From Candidatus Roizmanbacteria bacterium (GTDB taxonomy: Bacteria > Patescibacteriota > Microgenomatia > UBA1406): DNA of 64,000 nucleotides. The DNA lies in NCBI GenBank assembly GCA_024654535.1, contig JANLHL010000038.1, positions 105,581-169,580 of the forward strand, given 5' to 3'. This document shows, one piece after another, positions 56,379 to 64,000 of the stretch (its first letter is position 1; each line of letters opens with the position of its first letter). The translations under genes were made by a program, and so were the position numbers. Under the pieces are notes generated by a model. It did not search any database. It worked only from the letters and a program-made list of their open reading frames with translations, and was not told where the DNA came from.

Positions 56379-56646
56379 AAGCCAAGAAGTTTTTGATTTC
56401 ATTGCTCGTGTTCCAAAAGGAAAAGTTACTACCTATGGCACAATTGCAGAACGGTTAAAAACTAGTGCGCGTGCTGTTGGTACAATCCTTCATAATAATC
56501 CCGATCCACAAAAATATCCGTGCCATCGTGTGGTACGTTCGGATGGTTCACTTGCAACGGGGTACGCGTTTGGAGGCAAGCAAGAACAAATGAAGAAATT
56601 GAAGGAAGAAGGTGTTGTTTTTAAACATGGAAAAGTAGTTCTATAA
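56359..56646 (+). CDS. MGMT-family protein (methylated-DNA-protein-cysteine methyltransferase DNA-binding/active-site domain only)
   Basis: 95 aa. VPKGKVTTYGTIAERL...ARAVGTIL..NP...PCHRVV (PCHR active-site motif). Confidence 0.8.
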   Translation: MKKLHNKSQEVFDFIARVPKGKVTTYGTIAERLKTSARAVGTILHNNPDPQKYPCHRVVRSDGSLATGYAFGGKQEQMKKLKEEGVVFKHGKVVL

Positions 56647-56703
56647 GGTAGCCCACCTTTAATGTAGGATACCTATACGTGTATGGTAAAATTGAAATGA
56701 AAT

Positions 56704-56775
56704 GCCAATGTAGCTCAGGGGTAGAGCAATCGTTTCATAAGCGATCGGTCGCAGGTTCGATTCCTGCCATTGGCA
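56704..56775 (+). tRNA. tRNA with anticodon CAT (elongator Met or Ile2), CCA not encoded
   Basis: GCCAATG TA GCTC AGGGGTA GAGC A ATCGT TTCATAA GCGAT CGGTC GCAGG TTCGATT CCTGC CATTGGC A. The cloverleaf folds by hand. It lacks initiator features. Confidence 0.8.
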
Positions 56776-56792
56776 CAGGTTTATTAGACTAA

Positions 56793-57917
56793 TCAGGTGA
56801 TACGCTGAATATTGTTTTTAATAATACACAAACCCTTTTTTATTTCTTTTTTTGTTACAGCTCCAAAACCGAATCTCCCCCAATTTTTCCATTTATTTCC
56901 AAAATAAATTCCTGGAATAAAACTTACTCTGGATTCTCTCAATAATTTTTCGTTCAATACGGTTGCATTAGTACGAAGGTTTATAAAGAAAACACTTCCT
57001 GCTTGCACCGGTGCTAAATACTCTAATTTTTCTATTTGCAATATTCTTTCCATATATTTTTTTTTGTTTTGTAGTTCTTGTAAGGATTTTGTTAACTTAT
57101 TATTATTTTTTTTCAGTTGTTCATAAGCAAGTATCTGTTGTGGCATACCTATAGCAACCTGTGACACGGCAATAATTTTTTTATATTTTTTTATCAACTG
57201 TTCATTTGCTACCATCCACCCGAGGCGTACACCGGGAAGATAGAAATTTTTAGTTACAGAATTGAGAGTGACCAATCTAGATAAGTCAATATATTGACTT
57301 GGTGCAATCCACTCAAATGGACTATATATTCTTTGGTTATTCACTTCATCAGAAATCACAGTGATTTTATACGTACGTGCCAGTGTATTCAGTTTTGAAA
57401 GAAAATATTTGTCGAAAATTTTGCCAGAGGGATTTTCTGGTGAATTAAGTATCAATACTTTTGCACCTGTTTTCTTTAGAGCTACTTCCAGCTGAAAAGT
57501 ATTTTGAAAGGAAACCATAATTGGTTTTAAGCGTAATGATTTTAATAAAGTTAAAATTCCTTCGAAGACAATGCAATTTACAATTATTGGATCACCAGTA
57601 TTGGTTATGATTAATAGTAAGTAAAACAATGACGACAGCACTCCATTTGTAAGAGCTATATTTTTATTCTGTACTCTTCGATTGTTACTGTTTCGTTCAA
57701 TCGATTGGATAACTTGTATTAAAGGTTTAAATCCATCGATAGGAGGGTGTATAGAATAGTCATTCATATATTTTTTTATAAGAGTGAGCTTCAATTTTGC
57801 AAGCTCATTTTCTGAGAAAGTTAGCGTAGGAGAGCCTTTGTCAAAGCGTATTGCTTTTTGTTGTGCCGCTCGCATATTTAGAGCTAATATTTTGCTTGTA
57901 ATAGGTTTGAGTATCAT
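56793..57917 (-). CDS. PLP-dependent aminotransferase, class I/II (fold type I)
   Basis: 374 aa. NSPENPSGKIF, ISDEVNNQ, NSVTKNFYLPGVRLGW (PLP-lysine block SxxK...GxRxG). Visibly more AT-rich than its neighbours. ATGA-coupled to the upstream 1106-aa gene. Confidence 0.75.
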   Translation of the reverse strand: MILKPITSKILALNMRAAQQKAIRFDKGSPTLTFSENELAKLKLTLIKKYMNDYSIHPPIDGFKPLIQVIQSIERNSNNRRVQNKNIALTNGVLSSLFYLLLIITNTGDPIIVNCIVFEGILTLLKSLRLKPIMVSFQNTFQLEVALKKTGAKVLILNSPENPSGKIFDKYFLSKLNTLARTYKITVISDEVNNQRIYSPFEWIAPSQYIDLSRLVTLNSVTKNFYLPGVRLGWMVANEQLIKKYKKIIAVSQVAIGMPQQILAYEQLKKNNNKLTKSLQELQNKKKYMERILQIEKLEYLAPVQAGSVFFINLRTNATVLNEKLLRESRVSFIPGIYFGNKWKNWGRFGFGAVTKKEIKKGLCIIKNNIQRIT

Positions 57918-60900
57918 GTTTTTTGATCTTTTGATAATGTATCAAGTGAAATTTCACCAGTGTATGGATCATAAGCTAGTCTATAAATGGCAATGTCTTG
58001 TAAACCAGCTATCCGTAGACTGAGGTATTGAAGGAGTGCTTTATATTTTTTTCCTTGTTCACCGAAAAATCCCTCAAGAATTTGTACTGGTATTACTGAT
58101 TGATTTTTCCCGGTTGATCCAATCAAAGATTCTAATATTGAAGAAGCATCTTCTGACATATAACCCTCAAGACTTTTTCCAAGTTGGTTTGAAAGCTCGT
58201 CCTTAATAGCCTCACGCTTCGCCGGATCTGCTTCTTGCGCTAAAAGATTAAGATAAAACTGTTCATAACGCAGTCCGCTTGTAACAAATGCCTGAGCTAT
58301 TGGTGATTGTGGGTAATACTTTGATAAATAGTTTCTGAAAGCATTATTTGCACCTTCAGGATTTAAACGATAAAGATCATTTGTTATGTGGTTAAGCACA
58401 CAAGCCTGAGTAGCAATACCGTCAATACCAGTATAAAGCTCTACTTCAACGTAATCATTAACCTTAAAATATACATTATCACCCCTCTGAACTAAACGTT
58501 CTGGCTCTATATACTTATAGAGCTCATCTCCTATTTTCTGCATAAGCAAACTTCCCTCGAATATGACTTCTGGCACTTCAACACCTTGACTTTGTACGTC
58601 TTGAATGTATTGTCGGTAATCAATACGATCAGTCACGTGAGCGTTATCTACAACAGGCATACCTACAACGGTAGTGTTTGTTCCCTCACATGTCTTTTGT
58701 ATAGCGCGTACTATCATGGCACTCATATATTGTGTGTCAGTTGCGTTAGGTTCATCGGCGTGGATGTGAAAAAATTCACAATTGAGGGTCATTGGATTAA
58801 CTTGTGAGCCTTTGGCAAGGATTCTACGTAGAGGTTCCTGTACAGCTACTCTAGCAATTTCATCACTCCAGCTTACAGCAATACGCTGATTCATTTCTTG
58901 TGGAAGAGCGACTTGTTTTTTGTATTCTGTATTTGGATTTCCGGAACGTAATGAAAAACCAGGATTACTACTTTGCAAAATTGCAGTGGCTCCATATGTT
59001 TTATTTTTTGAAAAAGGATCTCTTGTAAGATCTATACTTATATTATTTGAAATTTGTACAGCACCTTCTCCAATAATGTAGCACTTCAACTTGCGTGGAT
59101 CTGTACCATTTTCGTATCCCTGTGTTAGGACACCGTTTATATCAATATCGCCATATTGTTCATAAAGTGTGTACAAGAGAACTGGAACAGCAAATTCAAG
59201 AGGATATTTCATGATAAGTGCATTGAAGAAGCGGGAAACTTCTTGCGTATTTATTCCTGGAATATTTAATAAAGTTTGGATATAGGGGTAGTTTTTTCGA
59301 TTATTGTATATAGTCCACACATCCAACTGCTCAGAATTATCCTCATAAGACTCTGCGTCGTATGGAGGTGGGCATATGTCAGTTCTTTTCAAAGCACCGC
59401 GGGCAATTTTTTTATTAGTGACAACCTCTATCATTTTTAAGAATTGTTTATTAATATTCCTCACTCTGAGACTAGATTTGCCATCAACTCTCGGTTCAAA
59501 TCGAAGTCCTGTTACGACACGAATAAAGTGGTTAATTTCGTCAAAGGTCTCACAAGAAGATGCTAATCTTTGTTCATTAGGTGTTAAATCTTGAAATGGA
59601 ATACCATATTCAATTAGCGCCGATGCATCATTTCTTAGCCGTTCGGTTAAATAAGATGTATTACTTGTTTGATTTATTAAGCTGAAAAAACTATTTCGAC
59701 CACCTGCTTTATTACATTCAGCAATAGTAGCCAATGCCATGATATACCGGTAAAAAATACTCTTTCTTTTATCTTCTGGAAGTTCATCTAGATAGGAAGC
59801 TTCAAAAGGGGAAAGGGCGCCAAGAATATTCGTTTGTTGTTCTATAGTTAGAGCTTCTTCCATCATTTCGTCTGGAACAAATTTTTTGTAGGACTGTACA
59901 GTCTTATCTCCCTCTAGGGAGAAAGCTTTGCGTTTTCGACCGAGTATTTTGCCTAAATAATCATTAAATATAGTTGCAATATTTTCCGTGGTTGATTCCT
60001 TCTGCTGAGTGTACCGTACAAGGAAAACTTCAACCATTTCAATCATTTCCAGAGGAATATTGCCTGAAGCAATATCTCTTTTTAAAACATCTCTGGTAAG
60101 CTGTAGCTCTCCGATACTTGAGGCGGTTCTATAAACAACTGTTTTGAGTACGGAGAGTATGTCTGAGGGTACAAGTGGTAATGTATTAAGTGCAAGAGGA
60201 TCATTTGATTCTGGTAAGTTAAACTTGGCCGCTCTATCAACAACTACTTCTTGCGGCTCAATTGATTCGTCTTCTGATAGAAGTAATGCATCTACGATCT
60301 CACGAAGTATTTTTCCTTCACCAATAGTTAAACCTCGGTTTGTTCTTGATTGTATTTTTTGCCGTAGCAAATCCGTGATAACTTTGCTCGTTGGTGATGC
60401 GGTGTCTGCTTTTTGAATCATATTCCATGCAAGTGAAAAATTTGGATCTTCGCACTCTTTTGCCCATACCCGAACAGTCCTTCCACCTTTTAAAGAGGTT
60501 TTTGCCCTTTTTTTGGCATCAATAATCGGTGCTATACGTTCTCTCGTGTAGTCGGGGAGTGCTGCACTTATTATTTTTTGTTCTGTTTCCAAGGTATTTA
60601 TTGAAGTCGGTGATTGAAAGATAGTCTCAAGTATTAATTCTGGATATTCAGTAAGTGTTTGGATAATTTGCTGTTTTGCTTGTGGTAGGTTGAAATATGG
60701 CTCTTCTTTACGATTTGGCTTTTGAGATTTTTCAAATCTACTATCCACTCTTTTTTTTTGAAGTACCATCCCTGCTGCAAATCCGGACAGACATATTTGT
60801 TTGACAAGCTCAAGTTTATTAGGGGAATCATCTTTAGTTAATAATGTGACTGTATCTTGAGGTAGATATACCACTCCTTCATCTGTTATTTCTTCGATAG

Positions 60901-61234
60901 GTAAAAGAGTATTTACATAAATTTGATTACTAGCTTCTATGAGAGCCAACACTATCTCCTTATCGTAGGTATAGGGAGCGTTAACTCCTTGTGAATATGC
61001 CTGCTCAAATATCACTTGTGGGTCAACTGGACGACCTGCCACAAAGTCAAATAGTGTCTGTTTCATTGTATTTACACTTGTATTCACTGTGCCATTCCCT
61101 CGTGATTTGTCACTCGTTGTAATGAGCGTAAAAAGATCTTCTTCTGAAATAGAGGGACTACCCTGTGACAATCTAAAACTGTCGGGCAATAGCAAGGCTC
61201 TGTTCAAAAAATATGTACTGTCTTTTGTTTCCAT
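57914..61234 (-). CDS. 1106-aa soluble protein of unknown function (no motif recognised)
   Basis: Uninterrupted 3.3-kb ORF with normal-looking composition. By eye there are no TM helices, no signal peptide, no Walker A, no HExxH, and no Cys clusters. The start follows the upstream terminator hairpin by about 16 nt. Confidence 0.6.
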   Translation of the reverse strand: METKDSTYFLNRALLLPDSFRLSQGSPSISEEDLFTLITTSDKSRGNGTVNTSVNTMKQTLFDFVAGRPVDPQVIFEQAYSQGVNAPYTYDKEIVLALIEASNQIYVNTLLPIEEITDEGVVYLPQDTVTLLTKDDSPNKLELVKQICLSGFAAGMVLQKKRVDSRFEKSQKPNRKEEPYFNLPQAKQQIIQTLTEYPELILETIFQSPTSINTLETEQKIISAALPDYTRERIAPIIDAKKRAKTSLKGGRTVRVWAKECEDPNFSLAWNMIQKADTASPTSKVITDLLRQKIQSRTNRGLTIGEGKILREIVDALLLSEDESIEPQEVVVDRAAKFNLPESNDPLALNTLPLVPSDILSVLKTVVYRTASSIGELQLTRDVLKRDIASGNIPLEMIEMVEVFLVRYTQQKESTTENIATIFNDYLGKILGRKRKAFSLEGDKTVQSYKKFVPDEMMEEALTIEQQTNILGALSPFEASYLDELPEDKRKSIFYRYIMALATIAECNKAGGRNSFFSLINQTSNTSYLTERLRNDASALIEYGIPFQDLTPNEQRLASSCETFDEINHFIRVVTGLRFEPRVDGKSSLRVRNINKQFLKMIEVVTNKKIARGALKRTDICPPPYDAESYEDNSEQLDVWTIYNNRKNYPYIQTLLNIPGINTQEVSRFFNALIMKYPLEFAVPVLLYTLYEQYGDIDINGVLTQGYENGTDPRKLKCYIIGEGAVQISNNISIDLTRDPFSKNKTYGATAILQSSNPGFSLRSGNPNTEYKKQVALPQEMNQRIAVSWSDEIARVAVQEPLRRILAKGSQVNPMTLNCEFFHIHADEPNATDTQYMSAMIVRAIQKTCEGTNTTVVGMPVVDNAHVTDRIDYRQYIQDVQSQGVEVPEVIFEGSLLMQKIGDELYKYIEPERLVQRGDNVYFKVNDYVEVELYTGIDGIATQACVLNHITNDLYRLNPEGANNAFRNYLSKYYPQSPIAQAFVTSGLRYEQFYLNLLAQEADPAKREAIKDELSNQLGKSLEGYMSEDASSILESLIGSTGKNQSVIPVQILEGFFGEQGKKYKALLQYLSLRIAGLQDIAIYRLAYDPYTGEISLDTLSKDQKT

Positions 61235-61249
61235 AGTTATTATTAACCA

Positions 61250-61279
61250 ATAAAAAACCCTTCTCTCTCGAGAAGGGTT
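61250..61279 (-). terminator. intrinsic terminator downstream of the TrpR/YerC-like gene
   Basis: Minus strand: AACCCTTCTC GAGA GAGAAGGGTT followed by TTTTTTAT. A 10-bp perfect stem (61256-61265 / 61270-61279), a 4-nt loop and a U-tract. Confidence 0.7.
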
Positions 61280-61309
61280 CGTGGGAACTTGTCTTTTATT
61301 ACAAAGCTA

Positions 61310-61639
61310 TCACGAGCTATCCTCGAGCGAGGGTAGTGATTCGTGATGCGTATGGGAAATACGGTTTAACAATAGAAGATAACCGTTCATGCCTTTAGAA
61401 AGCCACTTGCTTATGCGCGCTATAGTTGTTGAACTCATACCTGTTTGTTGTGCAATGACTGTATATGATCTTTTTTTTGACAACATACGCGCAACCTTCC
61501 AACGATTAGCAAATTCTGCTATTTCATTTTCAGTAAGTAAATCACGAAAGAAGCACTGCGCTTCTCTGCGAGTTCGAAGCAAAAGTATTGCATCAAATAA
61601 CTTATTTGTATCCGGTCTAATCCAGTTTTGTTTTTTCAT
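61310..61639 (-). CDS. TrpR-like / YerC-YecD family helix-turn-helix regulator
   Basis: 109 aa. LFDAILLLRTRREAQCFFRDLLTENEIAEFANRWKVARML...SYTVIAQQTGMSSTTIARISKWL matches the Trp_repressor/YerC pattern. Confidence 0.75.
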   Translation of the reverse strand: MKKQNWIRPDTNKLFDAILLLRTRREAQCFFRDLLTENEIAEFANRWKVARMLSKKRSYTVIAQQTGMSSTTIARISKWLSKGMNGYLLLLNRISHTHHESLPSLEDSS

Positions 61640-61653
61640 GTGCTTTATTATAC

Positions 61654-61665
61654 TAAAGTACTTTA
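61654..61665. promoter_or_regulatory. perfect 12-bp palindrome TAAAGTACTTTA in the divergent regulator/pflB promoter region (candidate operator)
   Basis: The string reads the same on both strands. It lies 15 nt upstream of the regulator ATG (61639). AAAGTA recurs three times in 61655-61678. Confidence 0.35.
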
Positions 61666-61667
61666 TT

Positions 61668-61746
61668 AAAGTAAAGTATACAAGGGTAATCCTCTCCTGT
61701 CAAGCCATATTTGATTCATGTATATGTGTAGGTTATACTTTACTTT
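61668..61746. promoter_or_regulatory. 13-bp perfect inverted repeat (aaagtaaagtata ... tatactttacttt) bracketing the pflB upstream region
   Basis: 61668-61680 is the exact reverse complement of 61734-61746, with a 53-nt spacer. The right arm abuts the first possible pflB start (GTG at 61747). Confidence 0.35.
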
Positions 61747-61764
61747 GTGCATAAACATAAACTC

Positions 61765-64000
61765 GTGAAAACAGACTTTGTACAGGGTCCGTGGATAGAT
61801 ACTATAGATGTGCATAATTTTATTACCAGAAATACGGTTGCCTATAGTGGCGATGAACAGTTTCTTTCTTCAGCAACGAAACGCACCAAAGAATTGTGGG
61901 AGAAAGTATTGCTGCTTATGCGACAGGAACAGAAGAAAGGTATTCTCGATTTAGATGTAGAAACTCCTTCTACTATTCTTTCTCACCTACCAGGTTATAT
62001 CGATAAGAAAAATGAAATTATCGTCGGTCTACAGACTGATAAACCACTGAAACGTGCAATTAAACCGAAAGGTGGTATACAGCTTGTACAAAAAGCGGCT
62101 GAGGCATACGGATATCACATTCCTCAACATATTATTGATACGTATACGAATGAGTGTACTACTCATAATGACGCGGTATTTAGTGCCTATACTCCTTTGC
62201 AAAAGTTACTTCGCAGTAAACACATTATTACTGGCCTACCCGACAATTACGGTCGAGGCAGAATTATAGGTGATTATAGAAGAGTCCCACTTTATGGAAC
62301 TAAGAAACTTATAGAAGAACGTCTAAAATATTTAGAGAACGATAGTGCCACTCTCGATGACGATGCAATTCAACTTCGTAGAGAAGTCTTTCTGCAAATA
62401 CAAGCGCTCAGAGACCTTACAACTATGACGAAAAATTATGGATGTGATATTTCTGTCCCAGCAAAGGATAGTAAAGAGGCTGTGCAGTGGCTTTATTTTG
62501 CATACCTTGCTGCAGTCAAGGAACAGGATGGAGCAGCTATGTCTTTGGGTAGAATAGATGCATTTTTAGATTGTTATTTTGAACGAGATTTACAGAGCGG
62601 GTTTTATTCAGAACAAGAAATTCAAGAGATACTTGACGATTTTGTCATAAAACTTCGGTTAGTGCGTCATCTGCGTCATCCAGAATACGATGCATTATTT
62701 GCAGGAGACCCCACATGGGTTACGCTAGTATTGGGAGGGAGTACGATTAATAACAAATCATTAGTAACCAAAACTTCGTATAGATTTTTGCATACATTGA
62801 CAACGCTTGGACCAGCTCCAGAGCCGAATTTAACGGTACTGTGGGGGAAAGAGCTCCCCTTAGCATGGAAGAAGTATTGTGCAAAACAGTCTATAGATAC
62901 CAGCTCAATTCAGTATGAAAACGATGATCTTATGCGGGGGTATTTTGATGATGACTATGCAATAGCGTGCTGTGTATCGGGTATGAGTATTGGAAAGGAT
63001 ATGCAATATTTTGGCGCGCGGGCAAATCTTGCAAAGGTACTCTTACTTGCTATAAACGGAGGTAAAGAAGAACCTTATGGCAATAATAAAGGAGGAGATA
63101 CTATTGTTCCTGGAATGAAATCAATAAAGAGCGGGAGGTACTTGCACTATGAAGATGTATGGAAGCAATTTACACATCTTTTAGATTGGTTAGCCAAAAA
63201 TTATGTCGATACCATGAATATTATTCACTTCATGCATGATAGATATAATTACGAATCCGAACAAATGGCACTGCATGATATTACGGTGCGCAGATTCATG
63301 GCGTTTGGTTTGGCTGGTTTGTCGGTAGTTGCTGATTCTCTCAGTGCAATTAAATATGCACGTGTTAAACCTGTTTGGAATAAAAGGGGAGTCGCTGAAC
63401 ATTTTATACGTACAGGCACCTACCCTGCATTTGGCAATGACGATGACCGTGTAGATTCGATTGCTATTGCCGTTATTCACGAGTTTATGCGTGCGCTTCG
63501 TCGGTATAGTACCTATCGAGAGTCAATCCCAACCTTATCTATCCTAACCATTACTTCGAACGTGGTGTATGGATCTATGACGGGAGAAACTCCAGATGGC
63601 AGAAGCGCTGGAGCTCCATTTGCACCCGGTGCAAACCCTCTACATGGTAGAGATACCTGTGGAGCGATTTCTGCGCTCAATTCTGTAGCGAAATTGCCAT
63701 ATAAAGATTGTTTAGATGGCATTTCTAATACTATGTCCTTTGTGCCTCATTCGCTGGGAAGAACTTTACCGGAGCGATTAAATAATCTTGTACAACTATT
63801 TGATGGCTATTTCGTAGGAAAACATGGACATCACCTCAACGTTAATGTATTGCAAAAAGAGACGCTGCGCGAAGCACAAAAGCATCCAGAACAGTATCCC
63901 CAACTCACTATACGCGTGAGTGGTTATGCCGTCTTGTTCAATCGACTCAGCAGTGAACAACAAGAGGAAGTTATCGCGCGCACCTTTCATGAAAATCTTT
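61765..64000 (+). CDS. pflB: formate C-acetyltransferase (pyruvate formate-lyase), runs to the right edge (only the last few codons missing)
   Basis: Absent from the track because there is no in-window stop. The frame starting with GTG at 61765 (or GTG at 61747) is open to 63999. It aligns with E. coli PflB from recall: [49 protein letters not shown] (Cys-Cys active site), [41 protein letters not shown] (glycyl-radical motif). Confidence 0.93.
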   Translation, partial: MKTDFVQGPWIDTIDVHNFITRNTVAYSGDEQFLSSATKRTKELWEKVLLLMRQEQKKGILDLDVETPSTILSHLPGYIDKKNEIIVGLQTDKPLKRAIKPKGGIQLVQKAAEAYGYHIPQHIIDTYTNECTTHNDAVFSAYTPLQKLLRSKHIITGLPDNYGRGRIIGDYRRVPLYGTKKLIEERLKYLENDSATLDDDAIQLRREVFLQIQALRDLTTMTKNYGCDISVPAKDSKEAVQWLYFAYLAAVKEQDGAAMSLGRIDAFLDCYFERDLQSGFYSEQEIQEILDDFVIKLRLVRHLRHPEYDALFAGDPTWVTLVLGGSTINNKSLVTKTSYRFLHTLTTLGPAPEPNLTVLWGKELPLAWKKYCAKQSIDTSSIQYENDDLMRGYFDDDYAIACCVSGMSIGKDMQYFGARANLAKVLLLAINGGKEEPYGNNKGGDTIVPGMKSIKSGRYLHYEDVWKQFTHLLDWLAKNYVDTMNIIHFMHDRYNYESEQMALHDITVRRFMAFGLAGLSVVADSLSAIKYARVKPVWNKRGVAEHFIRTGTYPAFGNDDDRVDSIAIAVIHEFMRALRRYSTYRESIPTLSILTITSNVVYGSMTGETPDGRSAGAPFAPGANPLHGRDTCGAISALNSVAKLPYKDCLDGISNTMSFVPHSLGRTLPERLNNLVQLFDGYFVGKHGHHLNVNVLQKETLREAQKHPEQYPQLTIRVSGYAVLFNRLSSEQQEEVIARTFHENL

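Noticed and set aside
56776-61309. Genomic island integrated at the 3' end of tRNA(CAT), covering the aminotransferase and the 1106-aa gene
   Set aside because: There is no integrase. No direct repeat of the tRNA 3' end occurs near 61235-61310; only a 6-nt GGTTCG coincidence inside the terminator stem. The AT-rich composition of the aminotransferase alone is insufficient evidence.
62054-63990. Four short track ORFs at the right end (62054-62269, 63190-63480, 63513-63722, 63796-63990)
   Set aside because: All are embedded in the pflB reading frame (61765 to the window edge). That frame is missing from the track only because it has no in-window stop.
1-64000. Alternative genetic code (UGA recoding, as in some CPR lineages)
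   Set aside because: RF2 is present. Many well-supported genes terminate at TGA exactly where homologs end (ATGA overlaps), and long conserved ORFs are intact under the standard code.
1-64000. CRISPR arrays, IS elements, prophage, rRNA operons
   Set aside because: No regularly spaced direct repeats, no transposase, integrase or phage structural motifs, and no rRNA-like conserved stretches were seen on either strand.

Overview
AT-rich, very gene-dense bacterial window. Start/stop overlaps of the ATGA/TGATG type are common and intergenic DNA is scarce. The standard code applies: RF2 is present and TGA is used as a stop. I infer a small-genome Patescibacteria/CPR (Microgenomates-like) organism from three things: very many ArnT/PMT-like membrane proteins, LTD and CAP surface proteins, and compact operons.

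Layout:
- (1) 1-19997: a cell-surface glycosylation supercluster. It has 11 large polytopic GT-C-like membrane proteins, 3 polyprenol-phosphate-sugar synthase-type GT2s, 1 soluble GT2 and a Wzx-like flippase.
- (2) 18855-25459: a co-directional nucleotide-sugar operon, rmlA-rmlC-rmlB-rmlD, ugd, uxs, then a DPM1-like GT2 fused to GtrA.
- (3) 25456-33668: an envelope/division block. It holds a CAP-domain protein, a double lamin-tail-domain protein, ftsE-ftsX followed by a coiled-coil + C39-like cysteine peptidase, prfB, and a LytR_C fusion protein.
- (4) 33777-37958: a nucleotidyltransferase, another ArnC-like GT2, tRNA(CAT), a hydrolase, a cyclophilin, a small basic protein, and tRNA-Pro(GGG) with an odd duplicated 3' end.
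- (5) 38310-46743: a second glycosylation cassette (ArnT-like, ArnC-like, split truncated transketolase-like ThDP enzyme, Zn-ribbon methyltransferase, SDR, 701-aa membrane protein) coupled to msrA/msrB.
- (6) 46806-56775: mixed housekeeping and unknown genes (YvlD, YfcE, DUF4342, DUF2130, ABC exporter, ATP-cone-Mrr nuclease, tkt, HIT, MGMT, tRNA).
- (7) 56793-61234: a PLP aminotransferase translationally coupled to a 1106-aa soluble orphan protein. This is followed by a TrpR/YerC-like regulator divergent from pflB, which runs off the right edge.

I saw no rRNA, CRISPR array, integrase, transposase or prophage genes. The most unusual items are the scale of the GT-C expansion, the ThDP/methyltransferase/SDR lipid-sugar cassette, the 1106-aa orphan operon, and the interrupted tRNA-Pro 3'-end duplication. 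All family calls come from motif recognition by eye. No database search was run.
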